IMG/VR virus record: IMGVR_UViG_3300044633_000899
Coordinates: 62,001 to 126,000 of that record
Length of the DNA stretch: 64,000 nucleotides
Direction: 5' to 3' (one strand)
Part shown: positions 10,040 to 18,833 of the stretch, piece after piece
Layout: the number at the start of each line of letters is the position of its first letter
How positions within the stretch are numbered: position 1 is the first letter of the stretch
Notes under the pieces: model-generated
Told to the model about the DNA's origin: nothing
The model's input: only the letters and a program-made list of their open reading frames with translations
Database searches by the model: none
Position numbers and translations under genes: made by a program

Positions 10040-10368
10040 TGAGACAAAAAAACAACGAGAATCAACAAAACAATAAAGATTGTGAAATTGATTCTCGTGT
10101 TTTTAATTTTTTGATACGTAGATTAAACACTGAAGAAAAAATACATTTTTCAGATTTGAGAGTTGTTACCTATTCTTTTGAAGGTTACCCAAATTATGGG
10201 TTTACTAATTTTATGAATAAAAAACAAATGGAATCAAGAATTATTTTGTTATTGAGTGAAAACGATATTGTTGATATTGATTTATATTCCAGTTTTAAAA
10301 AATTCAATCCTGAAATACAAAAAATAATTAGAACTGTTCGGGTATTTTTAAATTCTATTTTGAGATAA
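10039..10368 (+). CDS. hypothetical protein
   Basis: TAATG-coupled ORF. Confidence 0.6.
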   Translation: MRQKNNENQQNNKDCEIDSRVFNFLIRRLNTEEKIHFSDLRVVTYSFEGYPNYGFTNFMNKKQMESRIILLLSENDIVDIDLYSSFKKFNPEIQKIIRTVRVFLNSILR

Positions 10369-10369
10369 T

Positions 10370-11344
10370 CTACCAAGTAACATTACAACCAGACATAGGT
10401 AAACCACTTTTATTACCAAAATCAATAACAAAACTACTAATAGTGTTCTCAATATAGTCTCTAAATTCAAAAGATTCTTCGAAATCATCAAATGGTGATT
10501 GTGTACTACTAAATCTAAGAGGTTCATCGTTTTCATCATAAACAACACCTTCGGTCACTGTTGCGTCAACGTAACAATATATTTTACCATCTTCATCATC
10601 AAAACGGATAGAATCTATAGTAAACCTAAGTTTACCTTCAAACCAATCATCAGAAAAATCATTTTCAGTGAAAACTTGATCCTCAAGTAATTCTTTAATA
10701 ATTTGTGCGCGACTATTGATATCACTATATTCGGCATAAAACTCCATAATATTTTTTAGTTTTGATTTTAAACCCATTCTTTTAATATCATTATAATTTA
10801 ATTTAACTTCTAAACCACTTTCTTTTTGTTTATCCCAAAGATTAAATAAGAACACTTTAAAAGGGTCATTATTTGTCTCAACAATTCTATTTTTTTTACG
10901 TAAAGTTTTTGACTCGTAATATTGATTAAATTTGTTTAACATTTTATAATATTGTTGTAACAAATCGTACCTATCAAATTTATTTGATAACCAGTTTTCA
11001 CCATTTCTATATTCGTTATTTTGGTCATCAAAAGTTATAAAGTTATTTGGGTTGTTACCATATAAACGATAAATAGCAAAAGCATTACTACCAAGTTTTT
11101 CTTTTATTTCTTTATTTCTAATTACGATATAACCTAAAACGCCCAATTTTATATGTTTATTAAAATCTTTATCACAATCTCGTTTTGTTGTACACCATTT
11201 TGTGTCGGATCCATATTTTCTTGAAGCACTATGTGTTAACGGAATTGTTAATATAAAGTCATCGTCACGATACAACTCAACGGATTCGTCGGTTGAAACT
11301 TTATGTACTTCTTTTAAAATTTTTTTAATAATCGTCTTCATCAT
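10370..11344 (-). CDS. leader-bearing protein with PLT..YG..TKWC domain
   Basis: M(M)KTIIKKILKE start; IPLTHSASRKYGSDTKWCTT. Confidence 0.65.
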   Translation of the reverse strand: MMKTIIKKILKEVHKVSTDESVELYRDDDFILTIPLTHSASRKYGSDTKWCTTKRDCDKDFNKHIKLGVLGYIVIRNKEIKEKLGSNAFAIYRLYGNNPNNFITFDDQNNEYRNGENWLSNKFDRYDLLQQYYKMLNKFNQYYESKTLRKKNRIVETNNDPFKVFLFNLWDKQKESGLEVKLNYNDIKRMGLKSKLKNIMEFYAEYSDINSRAQIIKELLEDQVFTENDFSDDWFEGKLRFTIDSIRFDDEDGKIYCYVDATVTEGVVYDENDEPLRFSSTQSPFDDFEESFEFRDYIENTISSFVIDFGNKSGLPMSGCNVTW

Positions 11345-11960
11345 CAAATTCTTCAATATCGTAAGTGTAATTTTGTTGAAACTCTATAATCCATATTGTG
11401 TCAAAATATTTATTTAATTGTTCGTCAGTTAAATCAACAATTGGTATATTTTCACCATCAATATACGCCATAGTACGACCAACAGATTTAAACCATTCAA
11501 TTTTTTGTTCTCTATTGTAATTCGGTATCTTTTTTTGAATTTCAGATTTACATAAACCACCTTTAAAATTATAAGGTGCAACACGATCAACATCAGTTAA
11601 TGAAAGTTTTGAACGACTATTAAAATCATCAAGATATGTCTCTTCAATGTAATCACCTATCATTTCAGTAACTAAACCCTTTCTAATTTTAAAATACTTA
11701 CTAACCTCATTGATTATTTTATCATCTATTAATATTTCAACATCTTTATCGGTACCCATAAATAGACCAATTTCTTTACCATTAGAACAAAATTCAACAC
11801 GATAGTCACCGTATGTTTGATCTTCAGTATAATGGTCTAAAGTATATCTCTTAAACACTAAGTTAATATACTTCATAATTATTGAATATAACTCTGGTGT
11901 TACTTTATTATAACGTTTTTTTATTTCTTCCCTTAAAATTTTTTTAATAATTGATCGCAT
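11325..11960 (-). CDS. leader-bearing hypothetical protein
   Basis: MRSIIKKILREE; TATTTAT upstream on the minus strand. Confidence 0.65.
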   Translation of the reverse strand: MRSIIKKILREEIKKRYNKVTPELYSIIMKYINLVFKRYTLDHYTEDQTYGDYRVEFCSNGKEIGLFMGTDKDVEILIDDKIINEVSKYFKIRKGLVTEMIGDYIEETYLDDFNSRSKLSLTDVDRVAPYNFKGGLCKSEIQKKIPNYNREQKIEWFKSVGRTMAYIDGENIPIVDLTDEQLNKYFDTIWIIEFQQNYTYDIEEFDDEDDY

Positions 11961-12016
11961 ATTTTTATAAATAGTGGTATTATTTGTAAATTTTTATTAT
12001 ATTTGTAAAAAAAACT

Positions 12017-12370
12017 ATGGCACATCCATTAATTCATGCAAAAAGTTCTGTCAAGAAAAATGGTGGTAAAATAGAAGATTATATTGATATCCATAATTGG
12101 TTTGATGAAACTAAAGCCTGGGTTGGTAATAGTACTCACAGAATGTTTAGACATCATTCTGAGGGGATTTTTGAGTGTGAGAGAATATTTGGAACGTCTT
12201 TTGAAAATAGTGACGGGAAAACCGTTTATACTAGGTATATTGGAGAACAACACGTTAAAGAGGATTGCTTCAACTATATCCCAACGGCTAAAGAATGGAT
12301 TATAGCGTTGGAATCAAAAGAAAAACCATTATGGATGATACGAACTTTGGAGTTAAAATTTGACGATTAG
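12017..12370 (+). CDS. DUF6915-like His-rich phage protein
   Basis: MAHP..HA.SS....GG..EDY..IH.WFDETK..HRMFRHHSEGIFECE..FG; TATATTTG promoter at 11998-12005. Confidence 0.55.
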   Translation: MAHPLIHAKSSVKKNGGKIEDYIDIHNWFDETKAWVGNSTHRMFRHHSEGIFECERIFGTSFENSDGKTVYTRYIGEQHVKEDCFNYIPTAKEWIIALESKEKPLWMIRTLELKFDD

Positions 12371-12385
12371 TCTATATTTATTTAT

Positions 12386-13027
12386 ATGAAACAAAAATTT
12401 AAAATATTACTAACATATTTAAAACCAATAAAAAAACCGATATCTGTTACTTGGTTTGTGTATGATGCAGAACCAGATTGGTTTGCACTATTAATATCGG
12501 ACAATTTAACTATACAACAAAATATATTAAATATAATAATTGAAATCGCTGAGGATAATTGGGAGGATGTGTTAGATAATGTTTATTCAGATATAAATAA
12601 CTATCAATACATCTTAACAATTGATCCTATTAATAATGAAATTAGATTAAACTGTTTGGTTGAAGAAGATGTTGATTCTGACGATTATAGAACATATCAG
12701 ATTAATGATGATGTGTTTTTAAAATATATGAAAGATAATAATATTACTGAAATTACTTGTGGGTATAATGGTAGTGGTGATGACGGATCAATAAATGATA
12801 TTATAGTTAATGGTGAAAAATCAGATGATACCAAGATTGATGAATTTTTATATAATCAATTAGAAAAAACATTTTTAGGTTGGGAAATGGATTCAGGTTC
12901 ATATGGTGATATAACAATTGATAATGAAGGGTTAATAACATTTAATCATATGTGGATGGAGAGAGATTGGTTTGAAGACGATTGGGAAAAAACATTAACG
13001 ATAAATAATATTGACGATGAGAGATAA
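12386..13027 (+). CDS. DUF6878-like acidic protein
   Basis: YNGSGDDGSI and GWEMDSGSYG motifs. Confidence 0.45.
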   Translation: MKQKFKILLTYLKPIKKPISVTWFVYDAEPDWFALLISDNLTIQQNILNIIIEIAEDNWEDVLDNVYSDINNYQYILTIDPINNEIRLNCLVEEDVDSDDYRTYQINDDVFLKYMKDNNITEITCGYNGSGDDGSINDIIVNGEKSDDTKIDEFLYNQLEKTFLGWEMDSGSYGDITIDNEGLITFNHMWMERDWFEDDWEKTLTINNIDDER

Positions 13028-13718
13028 ACTGAGAATGTTATTTGCCTATTTTAGAGGTTTTAAAAGTCAAACTGTAACAACTTCAATACTAATTGATGAC
13101 GCTGATAATGAGATTTTTGATTGGGATCAAAATTATTTTTTTGAACCTGATAAAAGATACACACCCATTCAACCGATAAATGATACAATTGAAAAACTTA
13201 TCAAAATTTATTATGATGAATTAACCAAACATAATACATATGAATGGGATACTTTATGGTCTTTAGATATAACAATATCACCATTTGAGAATAAAATATT
13301 ATTTGAAAGTGAATGTAAACAACCGCACGATATTGATATTGATAGAATGTTTGAGATTAAAGATATGAACTCAACTAGAAAACAACCAGTATTAGATTTC
13401 CAATCAAAGGTTGAAGCGACAATTATAGACATTCAGTTCTTTGGGAGTTATGATAGTGGTGAAGTTACAAATTTAGAGTTTGATAACCGAGAAAAACCTA
13501 TTAATGGACCAGATTGGGACGAAGACGATCTCCTTAATGTTGTTGATTCAATAATGACTTCGTTTGATAGTAGATATTGGAATGAAAGTGGGGGTTACAG
13601 TGGTGACATTAGAATATGGGGTGATGATATAATATTGAATTGTGTTAAGCATGAATTAGAGTATTCACCAACAGGATTGAATTTAGTAGTAACACCTGAA
13701 AATGTAAAAGATGAATAA
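13011..13718 (+). CDS. DUF6878-like acidic protein (paralog of upstream gene)
   Basis: FFGSYDSGEV and WNESGGYSG motifs. Confidence 0.45.
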   Translation: MTMRDKLRMLFAYFRGFKSQTVTTSILIDDADNEIFDWDQNYFFEPDKRYTPIQPINDTIEKLIKIYYDELTKHNTYEWDTLWSLDITISPFENKILFESECKQPHDIDIDRMFEIKDMNSTRKQPVLDFQSKVEATIIDIQFFGSYDSGEVTNLEFDNREKPINGPDWDEDDLLNVVDSIMTSFDSRYWNESGGYSGDIRIWGDDIILNCVKHELEYSPTGLNLVVTPENVKDE

Positions 13719-14562
13719 TGATCAAATAATTAGTGAAGTTAGAAACGAGTCAATGTTAAATAAAAAACAAGATCGTATAATAACGATTGATGACACAATA
13801 ATTAAAAAATACATCAATATTAACGTATATGGTTACGATAATGATTATAATAATTTAAATATTGATTATATCTCCAAACATAGAGGTTTTCCAAATTTAA
13901 TTAATAGGTTATTATATGAGGTTTATGTTGATTATTTAAATGATAATGAAGATAAAACAATGACTGGTATTGTAGGTATTTTTACACCAAATGAATATAC
14001 CAATTGGTCAATACTTAATTATTTTGGTGGACATAAATTTGTTAAAGACATTTTAATCCAGGAGTTTAAAAACGATAAAACAACACAAAAAACGCCAAAA
14101 GAATTTTACCGTTGGTTAATAACCAATAAGAGTATGTTGTTTGGTGAAAAATCACAGATTTTAAAAAAGTTGGTTAGAACAAACCTAAATACTTTTAATA
14201 AAGGAACAAAAACGGAATTATTTTTAACAAAAGTACTTAAAGAATCTGGATTTGATGTTAAGTACTTTCCGCCAGGTTCAACATATGATAGAAAATATGG
14301 TATTGATTTAATTATAAATAACACCTCATACCAAATTAAAGAATTAGTTGGGATTGAGGAATTAAATGATGGGTATTATTTAAAAACACCATTACCTAAA
14401 GAATATAAAAACCTTAATGTTAAACGAATAATGTTAGTTGATATCAATAATGGTGAGTTTGTATCGTTTCCGAATAAAGATTATGTTGTTAGTCAGAAAG
14501 ATAATGCTTTTATTGTTGATAAATCTACTAAACTAAAAGTTGGAAATATATTTAAACTATGA
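13711..14562 (+). CDS. putative PD-(D/E)xK nuclease-fold protein
   Basis: G..TE....L...GF.V..D..YGIDL.....YQIK pattern in the C-terminal half. Confidence 0.4.
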   Translation: MNNDQIISEVRNESMLNKKQDRIITIDDTIIKKYININVYGYDNDYNNLNIDYISKHRGFPNLINRLLYEVYVDYLNDNEDKTMTGIVGIFTPNEYTNWSILNYFGGHKFVKDILIQEFKNDKTTQKTPKEFYRWLITNKSMLFGEKSQILKKLVRTNLNTFNKGTKTELFLTKVLKESGFDVKYFPPGSTYDRKYGIDLIINNTSYQIKELVGIEELNDGYYLKTPLPKEYKNLNVKRIMLVDINNGEFVSFPNKDYVVSQKDNAFIVDKSTKLKVGNIFKL

Positions 14563-15065
14563 AAATAATTATAACCGAAAGCCAATATAAATTCTTAACT
14601 GAAAATTTTGATTCTGTTTTGGATATATACTCAAAGAAAAATAAAGGTGAAACATTAAAACCTTCCGAATTGGATGTGTTAAAAGTTTTTAATGATTATG
14701 TAAAAAAAGGTGGCACACCAGAAGAATTTGTTTTTAATCAAGACGATGTTTATGGATTTGATGAGAGAGAAGGTATGTTATTTAATTATAATCTAAAAGG
14801 TCGGCCATTACAATTTGAGTTCACTGAAGAAACTGAAACCGAAAATGATATTGACTATTTTGGTGAAATAACATTTGATGGTGATGAATACCTCGGCGTT
14901 ATTGTAACGGATAAAAATGGTTATTTAATTGATTATGATTTTTACTCAACGTTAACAAAAGGTGATGTTAGATTACAGGAATTATTAATTGTTGATAATA
15001 GTGATGCAGAATTTAGAAATTTTTTACAAGAAATGGTTATTAACGTTTTAATAAATGAAAAATAA
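14559..15065 (+). CDS. leader-bearing acidic hypothetical protein
   Basis: MKIIITESQYKFLTE start. Confidence 0.65.
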   Translation: MKIIITESQYKFLTENFDSVLDIYSKKNKGETLKPSELDVLKVFNDYVKKGGTPEEFVFNQDDVYGFDEREGMLFNYNLKGRPLQFEFTEETETENDIDYFGEITFDGDEYLGVIVTDKNGYLIDYDFYSTLTKGDVRLQELLIVDNSDAEFRNFLQEMVINVLINEK

Positions 15066-15453
15066 TTTAAAAGAAAAATTAAAGGACTTAATCAAAAAGG
15101 TTGGTTTTGAATCAACGATAAGAGTTGTCGGATCCTTGGATAAAACTTTTGAAATTTTTGACATTAAAAAGCCAATGGATTTCTTAAATTTATTTAATGA
15201 CCTAGAATCAGTTCAGAGTGAAGAACGTCAAGAGTGGACATTGTATAGATATAAAAAGGGACATAATTTAATGGTTTACAATAGAGAAAATGATTATGTT
15301 TATATCAATTATGATGAAATTTGGTCAGTTTTGGGAGATAAATTCGGTCTTAACTACTCTGAAATACAGGATCTTACAAAGAGATGGTTGGATGAGGTCT
15401 ACAATTTAAGGGGAGTCACACCTAACGAAGTATACTATTACGTTTGGTGCTAG
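15055..15453 (+). CDS. family-A paralog 1 with spacer-encoded C-terminus
   Basis: Close paralog of 16977-17426; ends WLDEVYNLRGVTP-NEVYYYVWC*. Confidence 0.7.
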   Translation: MKNNLKEKLKDLIKKVGFESTIRVVGSLDKTFEIFDIKKPMDFLNLFNDLESVQSEERQEWTLYRYKKGHNLMVYNRENDYVYINYDEIWSVLGDKFGLNYSEIQDLTKRWLDEVYNLRGVTPNEVYYYVWC

Positions 15454-15488
15454 TTGGATGAGGTCTACAATTTAAGGGGAGTCACACC
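15387..15488 (+). repeat. CRISPR-like repeat-spacer-repeat (36+30+36 nt) overlapping gene 3' end
   Basis: GTTGGATGAGGTCTACAATTTAAGGGGAGTCACACC exact at 15387-15422 and 15453-15488 (identity extends 3 nt, TAA); 30-nt unique spacer. Confidence 0.85.
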
Positions 15489-15536
15489 TAATACTAAATA
15501 TTTAAATTCTTATGATATTTATAAATAAATAATATT

Positions 15537-16973
15537 GTGAAAATTTTATTAAACGAGAAACAATTCAAAAATATTGTAGTTCTATTATCTGAAGATGACG
15601 ATAAAAAAATAAACGTAATGTTTGTTGGTGACAGCCATAGTGATGGCCAAGGGTACACCTGGAATTATGATTTAGAGAAACAACATCCAGAATGGAATGT
15701 AACACATATTGTAAAAGGTGGTAAAACAACAGAGTGGATGTTAGAAAATATGTTACCAGAATTATCAAAAAAACATTATGATTTAGTTTTCATATTAGGT
15801 GGTACAAATGATGTTATGTCACCATTACCAATAGAGACACCAATCAACAATATTCAAAAAATGGTTAATGCAGTCAACACCCAAGGTGGAAAAGCAATTG
15901 TTGTTATCGGATTTGATAGTGAATCTATTATGGATGTAAATAAATTACGAACAACGAAATATTGTGACAAAGAATGTTTAAAAAAGTTTAAACCAAAAAG
16001 AGTTGAATTCCAACGTAAATTAGAAAGTTCAATCCAAAACGCAACAATAGTACCACCACTTGTTGGTGATTACACTTGGGCAAATGATGGTATACACGTC
16101 GGCGGATCAAAACACAAACTATTATCAAGTACCGTTGAAAATTATATAACAAAAGGTGAGGTTAAAAACCAAAAAAAATCACTAATTAATCAACTATTAG
16201 ACAAGTATACAGAAGTAATCCAAAACAAAAGTACAATTGACGCAATAAGTCCAAGAAAAGAGATTAAATTATTACAAATACTTTTTTCAATTGCTGAAGG
16301 TCAAAAGAACAGAAATTTTTCTGGTACATTAGATTCTGACACCATTACTAGACTTAAAAAATATCAAACAACTAATAATTTACCGAATACAGGTATTTTT
16401 GATTATCAAACAATTTATAGTATAAACAACAAGATAAGCCCAAAATTAAATAAAGTTTTAAAACCAGAAATGGCAAAAGAAACAATATCAGATCCTGGAT
16501 CCTCAATTGTTAGTACGAGTAAATTAGTTAATGATTTAAAATCATTTGGTTTAACTGAAAATGCTGCAAAAGGTTTGACAGCAAACGCATATGGTGAAAG
16601 TGGTTTAAATTATAAAGCGAAAGGTGATTCGGGTTCCTATGCGAAGAACACTACAAAATCAATTGATATTGGTGGTAAAAAATATTGTTCATTTGGTTTA
16701 TGGCAATTTAATGTGTGTGGTGGGTTAGGTATTGAGTTTTTAAAAAAATACAATACACTTAACAGTGGTAATACGGATAAAATAGAAACTCTGTTTGATT
16801 ATAATAAACAATTAGAGATTATGGGTTCTAAGATAATGAAAGAACAATCTAAAGGTGATAAGAGTGTTAAAACTTGGATTGACTGGATTGTTGATAATGT
16901 TGAACGACCTGCTGACAAATCTGGTGCAAAACAAAAACGACAAAATTTTGCTAAACAACAAGGTTGGATATAA
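15537..16973 (+). CDS. leader + SGNH/GDSL esterase + PG-binding + phage tail lysozyme-like protein
   Basis: FVGDSHS, GGTND, DGIH; LKKYQTTNNLPNTGIFD; AAKGLTANAYGESGL..FGLWQF; GTG start after TATTTAT. Confidence 0.7.
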   Translation: MKILLNEKQFKNIVVLLSEDDDKKINVMFVGDSHSDGQGYTWNYDLEKQHPEWNVTHIVKGGKTTEWMLENMLPELSKKHYDLVFILGGTNDVMSPLPIETPINNIQKMVNAVNTQGGKAIVVIGFDSESIMDVNKLRTTKYCDKECLKKFKPKRVEFQRKLESSIQNATIVPPLVGDYTWANDGIHVGGSKHKLLSSTVENYITKGEVKNQKKSLINQLLDKYTEVIQNKSTIDAISPRKEIKLLQILFSIAEGQKNRNFSGTLDSDTITRLKKYQTTNNLPNTGIFDYQTIYSINNKISPKLNKVLKPEMAKETISDPGSSIVSTSKLVNDLKSFGLTENAAKGLTANAYGESGLNYKAKGDSGSYAKNTTKSIDIGGKKYCSFGLWQFNVCGGLGIEFLKKYNTLNSGNTDKIETLFDYNKQLEIMGSKIMKEQSKGDKSVKTWIDWIVDNVERPADKSGAKQKRQNFAKQQGWI

Positions 16974-16976
16974 GTG

Positions 16977-17426
16977 ATGAAAATAATAATAACTGAAAAT
17001 CAATATAAATTGATTAAAGAAAATATTTCTTTAAAAGAAAAATTATTGGGTTTAATCAAAAAAGTTGGATTTAAATCTGTTGTAAAAATTGTCGGATCTT
17101 TGGATAAAACATTTGAAATTTTTGATATCAAAAAACCAATGGATTTCTTAAACTTGTATAATGATTTGGAATCAGTTCAGAGTGAGGAACAACCTGATTG
17201 GACTTTATTTCGTTATGAAAAACACAAAAATTTAATGATTTACCATAGAAAAAATGACTACGTTTACATCAATTATGATGAAATTTGGTCAGTTTTGGAA
17301 GATAAATTTGGTCTTAACTACTCTGAAATACAAAAACTTACAGAGAGGTGGTTGGATGAGGTATACAATTTAAGGGGAGTCACACCAACGGAAGGAAATT
17401 GGAACCAAAAAGATTGGGTTGGATGA
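16977..17426 (+). CDS. family-A paralog 2 with leader and spacer-encoded C-terminus
   Basis: MKIIITENQYKLIKE; ends WLDEVYNLRGVTP-TEGNWNQKDWVG*. Confidence 0.7.
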   Translation: MKIIITENQYKLIKENISLKEKLLGLIKKVGFKSVVKIVGSLDKTFEIFDIKKPMDFLNLYNDLESVQSEEQPDWTLFRYEKHKNLMIYHRKNDYVYINYDEIWSVLEDKFGLNYSEIQKLTERWLDEVYNLRGVTPTEGNWNQKDWVG

Positions 17427-17450
17427 GGTCTACAATTAAAATAGCCACAC
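17351..17450 (+). repeat. second CRISPR-like repeat-spacer-degenerate repeat
   Basis: Repeat at 17351-17386 (1 mismatch), 31-nt spacer, copy at 17418 identical for 20 nt then degenerate. Confidence 0.8.
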
Positions 17451-17518
17451 AAATAACAATAATATAATTTGTTAATATCAAATTATATTATTATTTTTTT
17501 AATCAAAAGTTAATCATT

Positions 17519-17905
17519 ATGAATGAAAATAATAAATTATATTGTACTGACTGTAAAAAAATAACAAACCACATACCAAAATTATCAGCACTTATGGATG
17601 GTTGTATGGTCTGTGATAATTGTTCAAAGATGAATGGTTTTTGTTCTTTAATTAAAGTCGGTGACGATAATTTTCAAAAACATTCTAAAGAAGTACGTTG
17701 GGTTGAATTTAATGAAGAGGGTAAAGGTAAAGAACTACGTGATAAAGTCGTAGTCGGTTCTAGTTTAATTATGAGTCCATTTAATGAATCTTTCACCTGG
17801 ATGACAACAATAGTTACTGAGATCGTAGAAGAACGTGATAATTACGTACATTTCAAAACAGAAAATACTGAATACAAACTATACTATAACATACAAAATG
17901 TTTAG
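17519..17905 (+). CDS. hypothetical protein with N-terminal Zn finger
   Basis: CTDC..CDNC. Confidence 0.6.
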   Translation: MNENNKLYCTDCKKITNHIPKLSALMDGCMVCDNCSKMNGFCSLIKVGDDNFQKHSKEVRWVEFNEEGKGKELRDKVVVGSSLIMSPFNESFTWMTTIVTEIVEERDNYVHFKTENTEYKLYYNIQNV

Positions 17906-18006
17906 ATTTTCTTGGTTTGATATAAAATAATTAATTTTTTTTTTAAAAATGTTTTGTGGTTTGAAAAAAATGATTACATTTGTACTGTAATCTTAAATTA
18001 ATTATT

Positions 18007-18378
18007 ATGTCAAGAACAAAAACATTAGGTCTTCACGAGTGGTCAAAGGAAGACACAATCATTACTTTGTATTTCGCAAAGTTCGGTACTTTTGGGTTAT
18101 ATTTAAAAACCGAAAAAGCGCTTGCCGATTTTATTGGTACGTCAGTTTCATCGTTTAAGATGCAAGTGGCAAACGTTAGGACGTTGTTGGGTAAACACGA
18201 AGCAACATTATCCGATTATTCAAAACTACAAGAAGATGTTTTTTCTGAATTTAATCGTGTGTCACAACTTTCTTTGATGAATAAAGTACGATCCATTATT
18301 AATCACGATGAAAATGAGTTAAGAGAAATTTTCAGTAAGATGGGTAAGGACTTTAGTAAGATGAGGAAAATCTCGTGA
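18007..18378 (+). CDS. hypothetical protein
   Basis: Probable start MSRTK; TACATTTG promoter at 17975-17982. Confidence 0.6.
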   Translation: MSRTKTLGLHEWSKEDTIITLYFAKFGTFGLYLKTEKALADFIGTSVSSFKMQVANVRTLLGKHEATLSDYSKLQEDVFSEFNRVSQLSLMNKVRSIINHDENELREIFSKMGKDFSKMRKIS

Positions 18379-18638
18379 TGACTATCAGAAACTGGTGTAT
18401 TATGAATATGACTGATTTTAGAGAGTCCGAAAAGTTTTTATTATCCTTGAACGTTGGTGAGGGTTATAATGATATTATTGTAACCAAAAAAACAAAAAAA
18501 AGGATCCATTTATCAAACGGAAAAATTGTTACAATTAAAAATGGTGGTAATTTTTTATATTTGGACTCTGCTAAAAACGGTATCAATCAAATCCTAAGAG
18601 ATATTCAAGGGTTTTTAATTTATAAAATTCATTGCTAA
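18375..18638 (+). CDS. hypothetical protein
   Basis: Coupled ORF. Confidence 0.55.
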   Translation: MMTIRNWCIMNMTDFRESEKFLLSLNVGEGYNDIIVTKKTKKRIHLSNGKIVTIKNGGNFLYLDSAKNGINQILRDIQGFLIYKIHC

Positions 18639-18833
18639 ATGAAAAAACCTTGTAAAGAATGTCCCCACTTTAATAGAAATCGTCATAACGATATGATTGT
18701 TGGTTTTGCTGAGAGAATTGGTAAGAAACACAATTGTCATATGACTGAAGGAAAAAAAGATTTGTGGAATGTTACAGATAATAAAATAGAGTGTTATGGA
18801 TCAAGAAAAAATAAATTGGATTATATTATCTGA
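18639..18833 (+). CDS. small Cys/His protein
   Basis: PCKECP..HNCHM..C motif. Confidence 0.55.
   Translation: MKKPCKECPHFNRNRHNDMIVGFAERIGKKHNCHMTEGKKDLWNVTDNKIECYGSRKNKLDYII

Noticed and set aside
15451-15453. Amber (TAG) recoding suggested by the in-frame TAG before the second repeat
   Set aside because: TAG ends many ordinary genes followed by new starts (12370, 23685, 30087, 31089, 38395, 62920), and long genes have no internal TAG, so the genome uses code 11.
15423-17417. The two spacers as a DGR TR/VR pair
   Set aside because: They differ at many non-adenine positions, and there is no reverse transcriptase in the window.
15387-17450. Calling the repeats a bona fide CRISPR-Cas locus
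   Set aside because: There are only two repeats per locus, no cas genes or leader are visible, the hairpin is weak, and the repeat is conserved as protein sequence. Reported as CRISPR-like only.
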